From the NCBI GenBank assembly GCA_046726855.1, contig JBKPBL010000041.1, positions 1-46,659 of the forward strand: 46,659 nt of DNA, given 5' to 3'. Below the pieces are notes generated by a model. That model worked only from the letters and a program-made list of their open reading frames with translations, searched no databases and was not told the DNA's origin. Position numbers and translations under genes: made by a program. The stretch is from Actinomycetota bacterium. Lineage in GTDB: Bacteria; Actinomycetota; UBA4738; CALAEC01. Of this stretch, positions 1 to 8,950 are shown in pieces. Each line of letters opens with the position of its first letter. Within the stretch, counting starts at the first letter, position 1.

Positions 1-78
1 GCCCTGGTGATCGGATACGGCGCCTACGTGCGGTACCAGGAGAGCCAGACCACCGCGATGCCGCCTCCGGCGGCCTGA
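1..78 (+). CDS. 3' end of an unidentified CDS entering from upstream (last 25 codons, ...ALVIGYGAYVRYQESQTTAMPPPAA)
   Basis: Frame 1 is open from the window edge to TGA at 76-78. Too short to identify. Confidence 0.25.
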   Translation, partial: ALVIGYGAYVRYQESQTTAMPPPAA

Positions 79-79
79 G

Positions 80-1396
80 CTACCTGACCGAGACGTGCAC
101 GGCCCCGGGGTCAACCGGGCCCGTCGGCGTGTGCAGGCGGCTCGACAGGAACCCACCTAGCGCTCCACCGCCAACGCCCCACACCAAGCCCAGCAGGAAC
201 CCGGAAACCGGCGCTGCTCCGACCGTGACCCCGCCGCTCAGAGCCCCCAGTAGCCGGCCTTCGGCCTCGTAGCTGACTCCGGACACTACCATGAGCACCA
301 GGAACAGAGCCGCGAAGACCAGGCCCGCGCCGGCCCCCAGCCCGGCGGCCTCACCTCTCGAAGCGGCCGCCGCTCGGCCTGCCGCCCACCAGCCGCCTGC
401 CAGAGTGGCGACAATGGGCACGAGAAGGAACAGGAAATAACCCGGGGGGGCGACATCAAAGCCGAACGGAAGTGACGCGCACGGGTCCGCGGGGCCTGGC
501 TGCACCTGGATCGAGGGCGGGGGCGGGCCCGCCGGGAACCCGGCCAGCGACACCAGGACACACCGGGAGCCCAGCAGCGCCACGTCGATGCTCCCGCCCA
601 TGGCCGCCGCGGCCGTTGCCGCACCCAGGTTCGGGAGGAAGAGAAGGGTGGCGGAGATGACCAGCGCCCCTCCGGCCGGACCCTGTCGCACCGCCGCGTC
701 CAGGAATGCCCGGGTGGTCTCGGGATTCAGCGCGGCCAGGATCAGAAAACCCACGCCTCCCAGCGCCACCGCCAGCACCACCATGCGCCATCCCCCGGCC
801 AGGATGCCTCCCGCTCGCCGCCCCGCGGCGCCTCGGAAGAGCTGTGCTCGAGCGGTCCACAGCCCACCGGCGAGGCCGAGGACCGAGGCCAGCAGCAGGG
901 GCCGCAGGAACGAGCCGAGGATCGACGGGTGCACCTCGGCCCGGCCGTCCCCGAACCCGGTGAAGTCGCCCGGGATCGTGGCCACAAGCGATACCAGCAG
1001 CGTGAGAAGGGCGTATGGCGGGGCCACCTTTAGGCCGTGGACGCCTCGGACCCAGGGGGCCCCACCGGCGGCGTCCGCCACCGCCCCTCCGCCACGGAAC
1101 AGCAGCCAGCCGGCGCCGATGGTGGCCCCCAGAAGCATCACGGTGAGCGTCACGGAGACGCCTGGGGGGTCCGCCACAGTGGGGAACTCGATCACCAGGG
1201 GAACCCGATGGAAAAGGGAGACCAGCACCGCTCCGATCCTGGGCACATCGAGGAGGGAGAAGCGGCTCGGCGCGACCGCCCACTGGAGAGCGGCCAGGAC
1301 CAGGCCCACTCCCAGCATGACCCCGAACGTGATCGCCGCGTGGGTCGCGGCGGTCCGCCATCCGGCGGCGAGGATCGGCCGCCACGCCGGCCTCAC
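80..1396 (-). CDS. Polytopic Gly/Ala/Leu-rich integral membrane protein, possibly PerM/DUF6350-like
   Basis: 438-codon ORF with many hydrophobic segments. Its GTG start (1396-1394) overlaps the sucD TGA (GTGA). Its position just downstream of sucCD resembles the perM neighbourhood of mycobacteria (synteny inference only). Confidence 0.6.
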   Translation of the reverse strand: MRPAWRPILAAGWRTAATHAAITFGVMLGVGLVLAALQWAVAPSRFSLLDVPRIGAVLVSLFHRVPLVIEFPTVADPPGVSVTLTVMLLGATIGAGWLLFRGGGAVADAAGGAPWVRGVHGLKVAPPYALLTLLVSLVATIPGDFTGFGDGRAEVHPSILGSFLRPLLLASVLGLAGGLWTARAQLFRGAAGRRAGGILAGGWRMVVLAVALGGVGFLILAALNPETTRAFLDAAVRQGPAGGALVISATLLFLPNLGAATAAAAMGGSIDVALLGSRCVLVSLAGFPAGPPPPSIQVQPGPADPCASLPFGFDVAPPGYFLFLLVPIVATLAGGWWAAGRAAAASRGEAAGLGAGAGLVFAALFLVLMVVSGVSYEAEGRLLGALSGGVTVGAAPVSGFLLGLVWGVGGGALGGFLSSRLHTPTGPVDPGAVHVSVR

Positions 1397-2262
1397 GATC
1401 GAGCGGCCTGGACCAGCTCCGCGACCTCGGTGGGGTTCCGGCCGACCTTGACGCCGACGGCCTCGAACGCCTCGGCCTTGGCCCGGGCGGTCCCCTTCGA
1501 GCCGGTAATGATGGCCCCCGCGTGGCCCATCCGCTTTCCGGGGGGCGCGGTGAAGCCAGCCACGTACGCCACCACAGGCTTGGTCATGTTGTCGCGGATG
1601 TAATCGGCGGCCCGCTCCTCCTCGTCCCCACCGATCTCACCTATCAGGATGGCAGCCTGTGTCTCAGGGTCTTCCTGGAACCGGGCGAGGATGTCAACGT
1701 ACCCCGTCCCCACGATGGGATCTCCGCCGATCCCCACGCACGTCGACTGCCCGATCCCCCGCCCGGTCAGCTCGTTGATGATCTGGTACGTGAGGGTCCC
1801 CGACCGAGACACCATTCCCACCGTGCCCTCGACGCAGATCTCCCCGGGGATGATTCCCACGTTCGCCTTCCCTGGTGAGATCAAGCCGGGGCAGTTCGGC
1901 CCGATCAGCACCTGGCCTCGCCCTCGCAGGTAGCCGTGCACGCGAGCCATGTCGAGCACCGGGATCCCCTCGGTGATGCACACGATCACGGGGAGGCCCG
2001 CGTCGGCGGCCTCGAGGATCGCGTCCGCCGCGAAGGATGGGGGGACGAAGACCAGCGAGGCGTTGGCCTTCGTCTCGGCGGCCGCCTCGGCGACCGTGTC
2101 GAAGACCGGGACGCCATCGACGTCCTGTCCGCCTTTCCCAGGGGTTACCCCGGCCACGAGGCTCGTCCCGTAGTCCCTGTTGCGCAGGGCGTGGAACCGC
2201 CCCTCCTTCCCGGTCAGCCCCTGGACCAGCAGGCGGGTATCCGCGTCGATCAGGATGGCCAT
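1393..2262 (-). CDS. sucD: Succinyl-CoA synthetase alpha subunit
   Basis: [21 protein letters not shown]..., [20 protein letters not shown] motifs. The internal ATG at 2262 was chosen because the track extension to 2466 would overlap sucC. Confidence 0.95.
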   Translation of the reverse strand: MAILIDADTRLLVQGLTGKEGRFHALRNRDYGTSLVAGVTPGKGGQDVDGVPVFDTVAEAAAETKANASLVFVPPSFAADAILEAADAGLPVIVCITEGIPVLDMARVHGYLRGRGQVLIGPNCPGLISPGKANVGIIPGEICVEGTVGMVSRSGTLTYQIINELTGRGIGQSTCVGIGGDPIVGTGYVDILARFQEDPETQAAILIGEIGGDEEERAADYIRDNMTKPVVAYVAGFTAPPGKRMGHAGAIITGSKGTARAKAEAFEAVGVKVGRNPTEVAELVQAARS

Positions 2263-2266
2263 GGCC

Positions 2267-3406
2267 CTAAGCCTCATCCTTCGCCAGCTCGACGGCAGTC
2301 CGGGCCGCCTCCAGCATCGTTGCCGCGGTGATGATCCGTTCGTGTCCCGCCTCGGCCAGGATCTTCCGGCCCTCCTCGGCGTTGGTCCCGTCCAGCCGGA
2401 CCACGATGGGCACCGTGGCCTCGACCCGCTCCAGAGCTTCGAGGATGCCCCGGGCCACCAGGTCACACCTGGTGATGCCGCCGAAGATGTTCACCAGGAC
2501 GGAGCGCACGGACGAATCGGAGAGGATCACTTCCAGCGACGTGGCCATGAGGTCCGCGCCGGCCCCCCCGCCGACGTCGAGGAAGTTGGCCGCAGCGCCG
2601 CCGGCCTGTCGGACCACGTCGAGCGTGGACATCACCAGGCCGGCACCGTTGCCGATGATCCCCACCTCGCCGTCGAGCTTCACGTACTGAAGCCCCTTCT
2701 CCTTGGCTCGGGCCTCGGTGGGGTCCAGGGTGAACGCCTTCGCGTACTCCGCCACATCGCCCTGCCTGTACAGGGCGTTGTCGTCGATGGTGACCTTGGC
2801 GTCGAGAGGAACGACCCTGCCATCCCTCAGGAGCGCGAGGGGGTTCACCTCCACAAGGGTGGCATCGTTCCTCACGAGCACCTCGTACGACTTGGCCAGG
2901 AGCTCGGCGGCCCCTTCCCGGGCCGCCTGAGGGAAGGCCCCCACCAGGTAGCGGGCGTGGTAGGGCTTCAGTCCGATCAGGGGGTCGATCCCGACTCGCC
3001 TGATCGCCTCGGGGTGAGTGGAAGCGATCTCCTCGATGTCGACGCCCCCCTCGCTGGAGGTCATGGCCATGTAACGCTTCTCCGAACGGTCCAGCGTGAC
3101 CGCCAGGTAGAACTCGCGGTCGATCTCGACCAGTCGCTCGAGGAGCACCCGGGAGACAGGCATTCCCCTGAAGCCGCCCTCGAGTATCTTCCGCGCGGCC
3201 TCCTCGGCCTCCGCCGGTGTCTTGGCGAGGACGATACCCCCGCCCTTGCCCCTCCCCCCGATCTGAACCTGGGCCTTCACCGCCACGGGCCCCAGGCGCC
3301 CGGCAGCCTCACGGGCCTCGGAGCGGGTCTCGGCCACCTCGCGTTCGAGGAGCGCGATGCCGTGCCGCTCGAATATCTCCTTCCCCTGATGCTCGAAGAG
3401 GTCCAC
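2267..3406 (-). CDS. sucC: Succinyl-CoA synthetase beta subunit
   Basis: [12 protein letters not shown]..., [30 protein letters not shown]. The GTG start at 3406 directly abuts the upstream TGA (3407-3409). Confidence 0.95.
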   Translation of the reverse strand: MDLFEHQGKEIFERHGIALLEREVAETRSEAREAAGRLGPVAVKAQVQIGGRGKGGGIVLAKTPAEAEEAARKILEGGFRGMPVSRVLLERLVEIDREFYLAVTLDRSEKRYMAMTSSEGGVDIEEIASTHPEAIRRVGIDPLIGLKPYHARYLVGAFPQAAREGAAELLAKSYEVLVRNDATLVEVNPLALLRDGRVVPLDAKVTIDDNALYRQGDVAEYAKAFTLDPTEARAKEKGLQYVKLDGEVGIIGNGAGLVMSTLDVVRQAGGAAANFLDVGGGAGADLMATSLEVILSDSSVRSVLVNIFGGITRCDLVARGILEALERVEATVPIVVRLDGTNAEEGRKILAEAGHERIITAATMLEAARTAVELAKDEA

Positions 3407-3814
3407 TCAGCCGGCCTTCCTGCCGCCGAGGCGCCCCCGCAGCCAATCGATGATCTCCGAGGTCGGCGCTCCGGGGGTGAAGATCTCCTCGATCCCGTGC
3501 TCCTTGAGCTCGGGGATGTCCTCCTTCGGGATGATGCCGCCGGCGAACACCACCACGTCGCCGGCGCCTCGCTCTCGGAGGAGGGTGACCACCTTGGGGA
3601 ACAGCGTCATGTGGGCTCCCGAGTGGATCGACAGGCCGACCGCGTCGGCGTCCTCCTGGATCACGGTCTCGGCGATCTGCTCGGGCGTCTGGTGCAACCC
3701 GGTGTAGATCACCTCGTAGCCCGCGTCGCGGAGCGCTCGAGCCACGACCTTCGCGCCACGGTCATGGCCGTCCAGGCCTGGCTTGGCGATGACGATGCGG
3801 TGCTTCTCGGGCAT
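3407..3814 (-). CDS. Cobalamin-binding small subunit/domain of a methylmalonyl-CoA-mutase-type enzyme
   Basis: 135 aa with [18 protein letters not shown] (DxHxxG B12-binding motif) and a Rossmann-like layout. No large catalytic subunit is adjacent. Confidence 0.85.
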   Translation of the reverse strand: MPEKHRIVIAKPGLDGHDRGAKVVARALRDAGYEVIYTGLHQTPEQIAETVIQEDADAVGLSIHSGAHMTLFPKVVTLLRERGAGDVVVFAGGIIPKEDIPELKEHGIEEIFTPGAPTSEIIDWLRGRLGGRKAG

Positions 3815-3940
3815 GGTCGGGCCGGAGTGTAACTAACGGCGCACAAGTGCGGCTATCGAGGGAAGCGACCAGAGTAAAGGACCAACGCGGGTCGCCTGGG
3901 TGATGGGCGTCGACTGGCAAGGGCGGGATAATGGGCCCGC

Positions 3941-4396
3941 ATGTCCGTCGGACGGCTCCGCTTCCGCCCTCCCGGTGTCAAGACCGGGAGCCGAATAGGA
4001 CCCCTGGGGCCCTTCCGGGGCACCCTGGGGATCCAGTGGGTGATCGCCTCGATCGCCGTGGCCCTGGTGATCCTCCTGGTGGTCTCGTACCTGCTGTTCA
4101 AGACCCCGGGGCCGCCGTTCCAGCTGGTGGCCGAGATCGACACGGTCAAGCCCGGGTCGGCCCGGGAGGTCCTGGCGGGTGTGTTCCTCGGGCGAACCGT
4201 GGACGGCCAGCCCTACGCCGTGGCCGAGCCGGACAACTGCCCTCTGGAGGTCCTGGACGGCTACTACGTGGACTGCTCGGATCGCAAGTACGGGCTGGAC
4301 GGCAAGCCGGCCACGGGCAAGCGCAGTCCGCTCCACGTTCTCCCGATCGAGGTGCACCGCGGCGACGTGTACGTGGACCCCTCGTCCGCCGATTGA
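3941..4396 (+). CDS. Small membrane-anchored protein with a degenerate Rieske-like C-terminal domain
   Basis: One TM helix (IQWVIASIAVALVILLVVSYLLF). NCPLEV...DCSDRKYGLDGKP...PLHVLPIEVHRGDVYV resembles the Rieske CxH...CxxH...G-P-L...V pattern but lacks both His. GATAAT at 3927-3932 lies 8 nt before the ATG. Confidence 0.55.
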   Translation: MSVGRLRFRPPGVKTGSRIGPLGPFRGTLGIQWVIASIAVALVILLVVSYLLFKTPGPPFQLVAEIDTVKPGSAREVLAGVFLGRTVDGQPYAVAEPDNCPLEVLDGYYVDCSDRKYGLDGKPATGKRSPLHVLPIEVHRGDVYVDPSSAD

Positions 4397-4405
4397 GCGG
4401 CGGCC

Positions 4406-6553
4406 TCAGCCGACCCTCTTCAGCGGCGCGTAGGCCAGGAGGAGCCGCTTCTCTCCCTGATCCTCGAACATGATCACGGCCTCGGCGTCGTGACCGCGAC
4501 CGGAGACCGTGATCACCACTCCCTCTCCGAACCGGTCGTGCACCACGGTGTCGCCCGCTCCGACGTCGGGTGCCGGCCCCGGCGCCACGAGTTGCTCCTC
4601 GCCCACTCGTCCCGAGCTGTCCAGCTCGTCGATCAGTTCCGCGGGCATCTCATTCAGGAACCGGGAGGGAGGGTTGTACGAGGAGGCCCCGAACAACGAG
4701 CGGCTCCAGGCGTGGGTCAGGTACAGGCGCTTCCGGGCCCTGGTGATGCCCACGTAAGCCAGGCGCCGCTCCTCCTCCAGCTCCTCTGTGTCGGTCATAG
4801 AGCGAAAGTGCGGGAAGATCCCATCCTCCATCCCCGCGATGAAGACCACCTCGAACTCGAGCCCCTTGGCGTTGTGGAGGGTCATCAGGGTGACAGTCGA
4901 CGTGGTCTCGTCGTACTCGTCCTGCTCGCTCACCAGGGCCACCTGCTCCAGGAACTCCGGGACTCCCTGGTCGGGGAACCGAGCCTCGAACTCGGCCCCC
5001 ACCCCGACCAGCTCCTTCAGGTTCTCCTTCCGGCTCTCGGCCTCCACGGTTCGCTCCGCGTCCAGCTCGGCGTAGTAACCGGATTCGGTGAAGGCCGCCT
5101 CGATCATCCGTGCGGGTCCCGCCCCCTCTTCGAGGAGGCCGCGGAGACGGCCGATCAGCTCGACGAACCCGGTCACCGCCCCCGTGGCCCGGGGTGAGAG
5201 GGCGATCTCCTCGACCCTGCGGCATGCCTCCAGGAGGGGGATCTCCTCCTCCCTGGCGAAGGACTCCAGTGCGGCCACCGTCTGGTCTCCGATCCCCCGC
5301 TTGGGGGTGTTGATGATCCGGCGCGTCGATACGGCGTCCTGAGGATTCACCAGCGCCCGAAGGTAAGCCAGCGTGTCCTTCACCTCGCGCCGCTCGTAGA
5401 AGCGGACGCCTCCGACCACTCGGTAGGGGATGCCGGCCTTCATGAAGACGTCCTCGATCACACGGGACTGCGCGTTCGTCCGGTAGAACACCGCGATGTC
5501 CCCGTACGGGTGCTCCGCCTCCTCGGTGACCAGCCGCTCAACTTCCTGGGCGACGAACGAGGCCTCGTCGTGCTCGTCCTCGGCCCGGTACCGGACCACC
5601 GCGGAGCCCTGATCCGAGTCGGTCCACAGGTTCTTGGGCTTGCGCTGGATGTTGTGCTCGATCAGCGCGTTTGCGATCTCCAGGATCGTCCGGGTGGATC
5701 GGTAGTTCTGGTCCAGGATGAACTCCTGGGCGTCGGGATAGTCCCGCTCGAAGTCGAGCAGGTTCTGGATCGTGGCCCCACGCCACGAGTAGATGCCCTG
5801 GTCAGCGTCGCCGACCACGCACACGTTGCGGTACTTGGCCGCCAGCAGGTTGACGAGGTGGTACTGGGCCCGGTTGGTGTCCTGGTACTCATCGATGTGG
5901 ATGAACCGGAACCGCTCCTGGTAGTGGCCGAGCACCTCCTGGTTGTCACGGAACAGTCGGACGGTCCGGAGGATCAGATCGTCGAAGTCGACCGCCCCGG
6001 CCGCGGTCAGCCTCCGCTCGTAGGCCAGATACAGATCGGCGATCTGTCGCTCGTACCAGTTCCCGGCGTTCTCCGCGAACTCCTGGGCGGACAGGAGGTT
6101 GTCCTTGGCCTTGCCTATCACCGCGGCAACCCCGCGCGGCGGGAACCGTCGGTCGTCTACGTTCAGGTCGGCCAGGACCATCTTGACCACCCGTTCGGTG
6201 TCGGCCTCGTCATAGATCGAGAAGTGGGAAGGCAGGCCCAGGAGGGCGTGCTCCCGACGCATGATCCGGGCGCACGCCGAGTGGAACGTCAGGATCCACA
6301 TACGCCGCGCCAGACCGGAGCCCACCAGGGCCTCGACCCGGTCGGCCATCTCCTGGGCGGCCTTGTTTGTGAAGGTGATGGCCAGAATGGCCCCCGGGGG
6401 CACGCCATGCTCCCGGATGAGGTACGCGATGCGGTGCGTCAGGATCCGGGTCTTCCCCGAACCGGCGCCCGCCACGATCAGGACCGGTCCATCGGTATGA
6501 ATAACCGCCTCGCGCTGGACCGGGTTCAAGGGAGCGAGGAGGGGGGAATCCAC
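4406..6553 (-). CDS. pcrA: ATP-dependent DNA helicase PcrA/UvrD family
   Basis: AGAGSGKTR Walker A, DEYQDTN, GDADQGIYSWRGA, TLHNAKGLEF, VGITRA motifs. Start moved to the in-frame GTG at 6553 (VDSPLLAPLNPVQREAV), which has TATAAT 6 nt upstream. Confidence 0.9.
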   Translation of the reverse strand: MDSPLLAPLNPVQREAVIHTDGPVLIVAGAGSGKTRILTHRIAYLIREHGVPPGAILAITFTNKAAQEMADRVEALVGSGLARRMWILTFHSACARIMRREHALLGLPSHFSIYDEADTERVVKMVLADLNVDDRRFPPRGVAAVIGKAKDNLLSAQEFAENAGNWYERQIADLYLAYERRLTAAGAVDFDDLILRTVRLFRDNQEVLGHYQERFRFIHIDEYQDTNRAQYHLVNLLAAKYRNVCVVGDADQGIYSWRGATIQNLLDFERDYPDAQEFILDQNYRSTRTILEIANALIEHNIQRKPKNLWTDSDQGSAVVRYRAEDEHDEASFVAQEVERLVTEEAEHPYGDIAVFYRTNAQSRVIEDVFMKAGIPYRVVGGVRFYERREVKDTLAYLRALVNPQDAVSTRRIINTPKRGIGDQTVAALESFAREEEIPLLEACRRVEEIALSPRATGAVTGFVELIGRLRGLLEEGAGPARMIEAAFTESGYYAELDAERTVEAESRKENLKELVGVGAEFEARFPDQGVPEFLEQVALVSEQDEYDETTSTVTLMTLHNAKGLEFEVVFIAGMEDGIFPHFRSMTDTEELEEERRLAYVGITRARKRLYLTHAWSRSLFGASSYNPPSRFLNEMPAELIDELDSSGRVGEEQLVAPGPAPDVGAGDTVVHDRFGEGVVITVSGRGHDAEAVIMFEDQGEKRLLLAYAPLKRVG

Positions 6554-6559
6554 GGCCCG

Positions 6560-6565
6560 ATTATA
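6560..6565 (-). promoter_or_regulatory. -10 box TATAAT placed for a leaderless pcrA transcript
   Basis: The minus strand reads TATAAT-CGGGCC-GTG. A 6-nt gap puts +1 on the G of the start codon. Confidence 0.45.
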
Positions 6566-6580
6566 GGGGCGGCCTATGCG

Positions 6581-6586
6581 TATCCT
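6581..6586 (+). promoter_or_regulatory. -10-like box TATCCT placed for a leaderless TauE-family transcript
   Basis: The plus strand reads TATCCT-CCGGTG-ATG. Same 6-nt geometry as the divergent pcrA promoter. Confidence 0.35.
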
Positions 6587-6592
6587 CCGGTG

Positions 6593-7393
6593 ATGGCCAC
6601 CGAAGCGCGCACCGACCGGCGCACTCTGGCGCTTGCGGCGGTGGTCGGTGTGGCCGCCGGGGCGCTGTCGGGCCTCTTCGGGGTGGGCGGGGGGATATTG
6701 ATCGTCCCCGGACTGGTCCTCCTGCTGGGGATGGGACAGCGCCGGGCCCACGCCACCTCGCTGGCGGCCATCGTGCCCATCGCCGTCGCCGGAGCGGCCG
6801 GCTATGCGGTGGAGGGTGCGGTCGACTGGCCAGCCGCCGGCCTGCTGACGGTTGGATCGGCCGCGGGCGCGATCCTCGGGACCCAGGCGCTCAGCCGAGT
6901 CCCGGAGCGGGCACTCAGGGTGATCTTCGCCGCGTTCCTGTTGCTGGCCGCCGCGGCCCTTCCTTTCGAGGCCTCAGGCGGTGGGAGTGAGGGCTCGATC
7001 GACCTCTGGGCCGGAGCTCTGCTGGTCCTGGTGGGGACGGTGGCCGGGGCGATGGCCGGCCTCCTGGGGGTGGGCGGGGGGATCGTGATGGTGCCCGGAC
7101 TGGTCCTCCTGGCTTCCCTGTCTCAGGCGGTGGCCAAGGGAACCTCGCTGCTCGTGATCATCCCCACGGCGTTGGTGGGAACCGTCAGCAACCTCAGGCA
7201 CGGCCAAGTCGACAAGCGTGTCGCTTTGGTCGCCGGGGCGTCCGGGGTGGCCTCCAGCTTCGTGGCCTCGATGCTGTCCGTGCGGCTCGATCCGCTTCTC
7301 TCTTCGGTTCTCTTCGGCATCCTTCTGGTGGCCGTCGCCGTTCGGCTCCTGCTGTCGGCCCGGGGCCACCCCGTGCCGGGGGAGCGGGTCTGA
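6593..7393 (+). CDS. TauE/SafE (DUF81) family sulfite/anion exporter
   Basis: About 8 TM segments with two internal repeats, each carrying GVGGG(I/V)xxVPGLVLL. ATG at 6593 is in frame with the long track ORF. The upstream part of that ORF is antisense to pcrA. Confidence 0.85.
   Translation: MATEARTDRRTLALAAVVGVAAGALSGLFGVGGGILIVPGLVLLLGMGQRRAHATSLAAIVPIAVAGAAGYAVEGAVDWPAAGLLTVGSAAGAILGTQALSRVPERALRVIFAAFLLLAAAALPFEASGGGSEGSIDLWAGALLVLVGTVAGAMAGLLGVGGGIVMVPGLVLLASLSQAVAKGTSLLVIIPTALVGTVSNLRHGQVDKRVALVAGASGVASSFVASMLSVRLDPLLSSVLFGILLVAVAVRLLLSARGHPVPGERV
6671..6724 (+). repeat. Intragenic direct repeat copy A (TauE half 1)
   Basis: 48 of 54 nt identical to 7058-7111 by hand alignment. The offset is 387 nt, which is in frame. 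Confidence 0.8.
7058..7111 (+). repeat. Intragenic direct repeat copy B (TauE half 2)
   Basis: Partner of 6671-6724. Confidence 0.8.
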
Positions 7394-7411
7394 AATCCTG
7401 GTCCGGCCTCT

Positions 7412-8950
7412 CTACTCCCACTCGATCGTGGCCGGCGGCTTCGACGAGACGTCGTAGAGCACCCGGTTGATCCCGGGGACCTCGGCCACGATCCGGGATG
7501 AGATCCGCTGGAGCACCTCGTGCGGCAGTCGAGCCCAGTCCGCGGTCATGGCGTCCTCGCTGGTCACCGCCCTGAGGACCAGCGGGTGCTGGTACGTTCG
7601 CCCGTCTCCCATCACGCCGACGCTGCGAAGCGTCAGCAGGACCGCGAACGCCTGCCACAGGTCATCGGCGAGGCCGCCTCTTCGAACCTCCTCCTGCACG
7701 ATCCGGTCCGCGGCCCGAACCATGGCCAGGCGTTCCGCCGTCACCTCGCCTACGACCCGCACCGCCATTCCGGGGCCCGGGAAGGGCTGTCGTCGCACGA
7801 TCTCCTCCGGCAGCCCCAGCTCCTCGCCCACCCTTCGGACCTCGTCCTTGAAGAGGTCCCGAAGAGGCTCCACCAGCTCGAGATCCATCCGCTCCGGAAG
7901 ACCTCCGACGTTGTGGTGAGACTTGATCTTCGCCGCGGTCCGGCTTCCCGACTCGATCACGTCGGGATACAGAGTGCCCTGCACCAGGAACCTGGCCCCT
8001 GCGTGACGACCGGCGACCTCCTCGAACACCCGGATGAACTCCTCGCCGATCGAGCGGCGCTTCTCCTCGGGATCCACCACCCCATCGAGTCGCTGGAGGA
8101 ACCGGTCGGCGGCCTTCACGTGGACCAGCGGCACCTTGAAGTGCCTGGCGAAAGTCTCCTCGACCTGCTCCGGCTCCTCCTCGCGGAGGAGTCCCGTATC
8201 CACGAACACGCAGGTCAGCCTGTCTCCGATGGCCCGGTGGACCAGCAGGGCGGCCACGGCCGAGTCGACGCCCCCGGAGAGGGCGCAGAGCGCCTCGGCC
8301 TGTCCCACCTGGGCCCGGATCCGGTCGACGGCCCGGTCGATCACGTTGCTGGGGGTCCAGTCCGGGAGCAGCCCGCACCCGTCGTACAGGAACCGCTTCA
8401 GCATCTCGGTTCCGAGGGGCGTGTGCACCACCTCGGGGTGGAACTGGACCGCGAACAGTCCTCGCTCCGGGTCCTCCATGGCGGCCACCGGACTCGTGTC
8501 GGTCCGGCCGGTCACCCGGAAGCCGTCGGGAGCCCGTACCACGGCGTCCCCATGGCTCATCCACACCGTCTGAACGTCCGGCAGGTCCCGGAACAGCATC
8601 CCCCCGGTGGCCCTGAAGGCGGTTCGCCCGTATTCCCTGGCGCCGGTGGCCCTGACCTCCCCCCCGAGGACCTGGGCCATGGCCTGCTGCCCGTAGCAGA
8701 TCCCGAGGACGGGCGTTCCCAGCTCCAGGACTCCTCGGCGGAGCTCCGGAGCCCCCGCCTCGTAGACGGAGGCAGGGCCCCCGGAAAGGATGATCCCCGC
8801 GGGGCGGCGGGCCGCCAGGTCCTGAGGCGAGGCGTCGTGGGGAACGATCTCCGAATACACGTGGCACTCGCGGACCCGGCGGGCGATCAGCTGGGCGTAC
8901 TGGGCCCCGAAGTCAACCACCAGGACGGGCCGGGGATCCCCTTCGGTCAC
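7412..8950 (-). CDS. guaA: GMP synthase (glutamine-hydrolysing)
   Basis: GICYGQQ amidotransferase Cys, SGGVDS PP-loop, C-terminal KPPATIEWE. The GTG start at 8950 overlaps the guaB3 TGA (GTGA). The 392-codon upstream extension in the track is off-frame over guaB3. Confidence 0.95.
   Translation of the reverse strand: MTEGDPRPVLVVDFGAQYAQLIARRVRECHVYSEIVPHDASPQDLAARRPAGIILSGGPASVYEAGAPELRRGVLELGTPVLGICYGQQAMAQVLGGEVRATGAREYGRTAFRATGGMLFRDLPDVQTVWMSHGDAVVRAPDGFRVTGRTDTSPVAAMEDPERGLFAVQFHPEVVHTPLGTEMLKRFLYDGCGLLPDWTPSNVIDRAVDRIRAQVGQAEALCALSGGVDSAVAALLVHRAIGDRLTCVFVDTGLLREEEPEQVEETFARHFKVPLVHVKAADRFLQRLDGVVDPEEKRRSIGEEFIRVFEEVAGRHAGARFLVQGTLYPDVIESGSRTAAKIKSHHNVGGLPERMDLELVEPLRDLFKDEVRRVGEELGLPEEIVRRQPFPGPGMAVRVVGEVTAERLAMVRAADRIVQEEVRRGGLADDLWQAFAVLLTLRSVGVMGDGRTYQHPLVLRAVTSEDAMTADWARLPHEVLQRISSRIVAEVPGINRVLYDVSSKPPATIEWE

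Noticed and set aside
2180-3832. Very long plus-strand ORFs antisense to real genes. Examples: 2180-3832 (550 aa), 5510-6592 (upstream part of the 627-aa ORF), 15703-17409, 20663-22495, 32725-34299 and 35939-37765.
   Set aside because: Their translations are Arg/Gly/Pro/His/Asp-rich low-complexity strings with no recognisable motifs. They lie opposite genes with unmistakable homology. Stop-free alternative frames are expected in GC-rich DNA.
3815-3940. Possible cobalamin riboswitch upstream of the B12-binding subunit gene.
   Set aside because: The spacer is 126 nt and is shared with a divergent promoter. I saw no B12-box-like sequence or multi-stem architecture.
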